From contig JAEEZV010000061.1 of the NCBI GenBank assembly GCA_016291995.1, positions 1 to 39,214 on the forward strand: a stretch of DNA of 39,214 bases. Direction: 5' to 3'. A program made the translations under genes and the position numbers. Positions 37,670-39,214 of this stretch are shown one piece after another; positions within the stretch are counted from its first letter, which is position 1; each line of letters opens with the position of its first letter. The DNA is from Bacillales bacterium. Lineage in GTDB: Bacteria; Bacillota_I; Bacilli_A; RF39; UBA660. Under the pieces are notes generated by a model that did no database searches, had not been told where the DNA came from, and saw only the letters and a program-made list of their open reading frames with translations.

Positions 37670-39214
37670 CTATTGTCCTTTCCACTCCACAATCCACTTA
37701 TCATAGATAGATGCATTCGCACTTTGAGGTTCAGGATTAGGCATTTGCATTTTTACAATCATTGGTATTCTCATCATTCTACCAAACGCAACACAAGTTC
37801 CTGACTGTAATGATTTTTGTTTTTCAATTACATCTGAACTAATGTTAGGAACCATCTTCCTAATATATTCCAAATCTGTTGGATGATTCAACTTAAAGAT
37901 AATAAAGTTAGAACACTGTGACAAAACTGTTTCAGACAATTCGGTAGGTCTCTGAGTAATCAAATCCATAATTACACCAAATTTTCTACCTTCCTTAGCA
38001 ATTCTTTCAAAAATATTATAACCTAAAATATCAACATCTTTATCTTTTTGAACATATCTATGCGCCTCTTCCAACATTATATGGATAGGCATAGAACCTC
38101 TAGGTTGAAGTCTTTTAGAAAACTTAAATAGTATTCTAGATATTACTTTAACAATACTTTTAGCAAGTCTATCATCAACCTCTTCCAAAACAAAGTTAAC
38201 TATTTGTACTCTACCATTAGCTGGTGTTACTAATAATGAATTAATATATTGTTCTGGTGTAATAAAACTAGGAACATCAAAAAATTCTTTATTAGAACTA
38301 TTATTGATTGAATGTAATTTAACTTTTAATGCTATCGCTTCACTATATGATTTTTCATTCATAAGTAGTCCTTCACTTATCAAAGTAAAATTAAGAGCTA
38401 CTTCCAACTGATCTAAATTGAAATATAAAGGTACATAATCTTCTTTCCATACAGTATTGTTATCAACAAAACTCTGGATATATTTTGTAACCAATATTCT
38501 TTCAACAAAATCACCATGATTATCAATATCAAAACATTTTCTAAATTCTCTTGTATATCCTATACCAGGAACTTCAACATCCAAATTTAGTTCATTGGTA
38601 TAACAATCAGTCAAAATATTAAATATTTGGTCTCTTATTTTAGCAGCTACCTGATTAGAATATAAAACAGCAATAATAGCCTTAGCAATTAAATGATTTT
38701 TATATCTAATAGATTCTTCATCGTTTCTTGCAAATATAGATACGAAACTAAGCATCTTTTCAATAATATTAATTTGAAAATAATCAGTTATATCTAAAAT
38801 ATTTGCATAATCATCAACATCCATAATCCATAAAGGAATTTTAATTGGATTTCCTGAAGGATCAGATTTATCTGTCGTATATAATTTATAATTAAAATTA
38901 GAATTTAAACTATGAATATCTCTAAATGCTGCATCATATTCACTTGTATTATTAAATATAAAGAAATTACTATTAAATGGAATTTTATCTTTCATATTGA
39001 AAAAGTTTTGAACAATTCTAGCAACACCACATGTTTTACCAGAACCAGTATTACCAAATATAGCCATATGGTTACTATACATTTCATTTATATTAACCTT
39101 AACTGGATAATCATTATATAATGGACTAACACCAAGAATCATCGTTTTATTATCGTTATCACCAACGAGTTCTCCAAGTTCTTGCTGATTAATAATTCTA
39201 ATCGTGGCATTTAA
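37670..39214 (-). CDS. HerA/DUF87-family (FtsK-HerA superfamily) ATPase, N-terminus off the right edge
   Basis: The frame is open from base 39214 (LNATIRIINQQELGELVGDNDNKT precedes the track's Met). It has Walker A GNTGSGKT and Walker B IHIMLEEAHRY. AKEGRKFGVIMDLITQRPTELSETVLSQCSNFIIFKLNHPTD is the classic COG0433/HerA C-terminal signature. Confidence 0.8.
   Translation of the reverse strand, partial: LNATIRIINQQELGELVGDNDNKTMILGVSPLYNDYPVKVNINEMYSNHMAIFGNTGSGKTCGVARIVQNFFNMKDKIPFNSNFFIFNNTSEYDAAFRDIHSLNSNFNYKLYTTDKSDPSGNPIKIPLWIMDVDDYANILDITDYFQINIIEKMLSFVSIFARNDEESIRYKNHLIAKAIIAVLYSNQVAAKIRDQIFNILTDCYTNELNLDVEVPGIGYTREFRKCFDIDNHGDFVERILVTKYIQSFVDNNTVWKEDYVPLYFNLDQLEVALNFTLISEGLLMNEKSYSEAIALKVKLHSINNSSNKEFFDVPSFITPEQYINSLLVTPANGRVQIVNFVLEEVDDRLAKSIVKVISRILFKFSKRLQPRGSMPIHIMLEEAHRYVQKDKDVDILGYNIFERIAKEGRKFGVIMDLITQRPTELSETVLSQCSNFIIFKLNHPTDLEYIRKMVPNISSDVIEKQKSLQSGTCVAFGRMMRIPMIVKMQMPNPEPQSANASIYDKWIVEWKGQ

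Noticed and set aside
1-39214. An alternative genetic code (UGA = Trp), given the Mollicutes-like small SRP RNA and AT-richness
   Set aside because: All conserved genes are full length under the standard code, and some end in TGA (for example rsmI). No in-frame TGA interrupts the recognisable proteins.

Overview
This window is the origin-proximal region of a very AT-rich, endospore-forming Firmicutes-type chromosome that uses the standard genetic code. Read right to left on the minus strand, it holds: a 5'-truncated HerA/DUF87-type ATPase; a bipartite oriC with DnaA-box clusters on both sides of dnaA; dnaA-dnaN-(ComK-like)-recF-gyrB-gyrA; an 800-bp non-coding spacer with seven consensus parS palindromes and a small 4.5S-type SRP RNA gene; tadA-dnaX-ybaB-recR-bofA-holB-ricT-yabB-rsmI-pth-mfd-spoVT; a Met T-box leader and metG; tatD; a SleB-like hydrolase; rsmA; a four-gene agmatine deiminase cluster; and yabG-veg-spoVG-yabP-yabQ-divIC. 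At the left end tilS-ftsH and a RelB/DinJ-like gene run on the plus strand, followed by a ParA/Soj gene that runs off the edge. Most of the window is conserved housekeeping synteny of the Bacillus 0-70 kb region in condensed form. I see no complete new multi-gene system. The best leads are: (1) the plasmid-centromere-like block of seven perfect parS sites around the SRP RNA gene; (2) the HerA-like ATPase abutting oriC in head-on orientation, whose partner gene would lie off-window; (3) an exact Noc-binding-site palindrome that also forms that gene's terminator; and (4) a ComK-family gene in the dnaN-recF slot. All calls come from reading the sequence and recalling family motifs. No database search was run.
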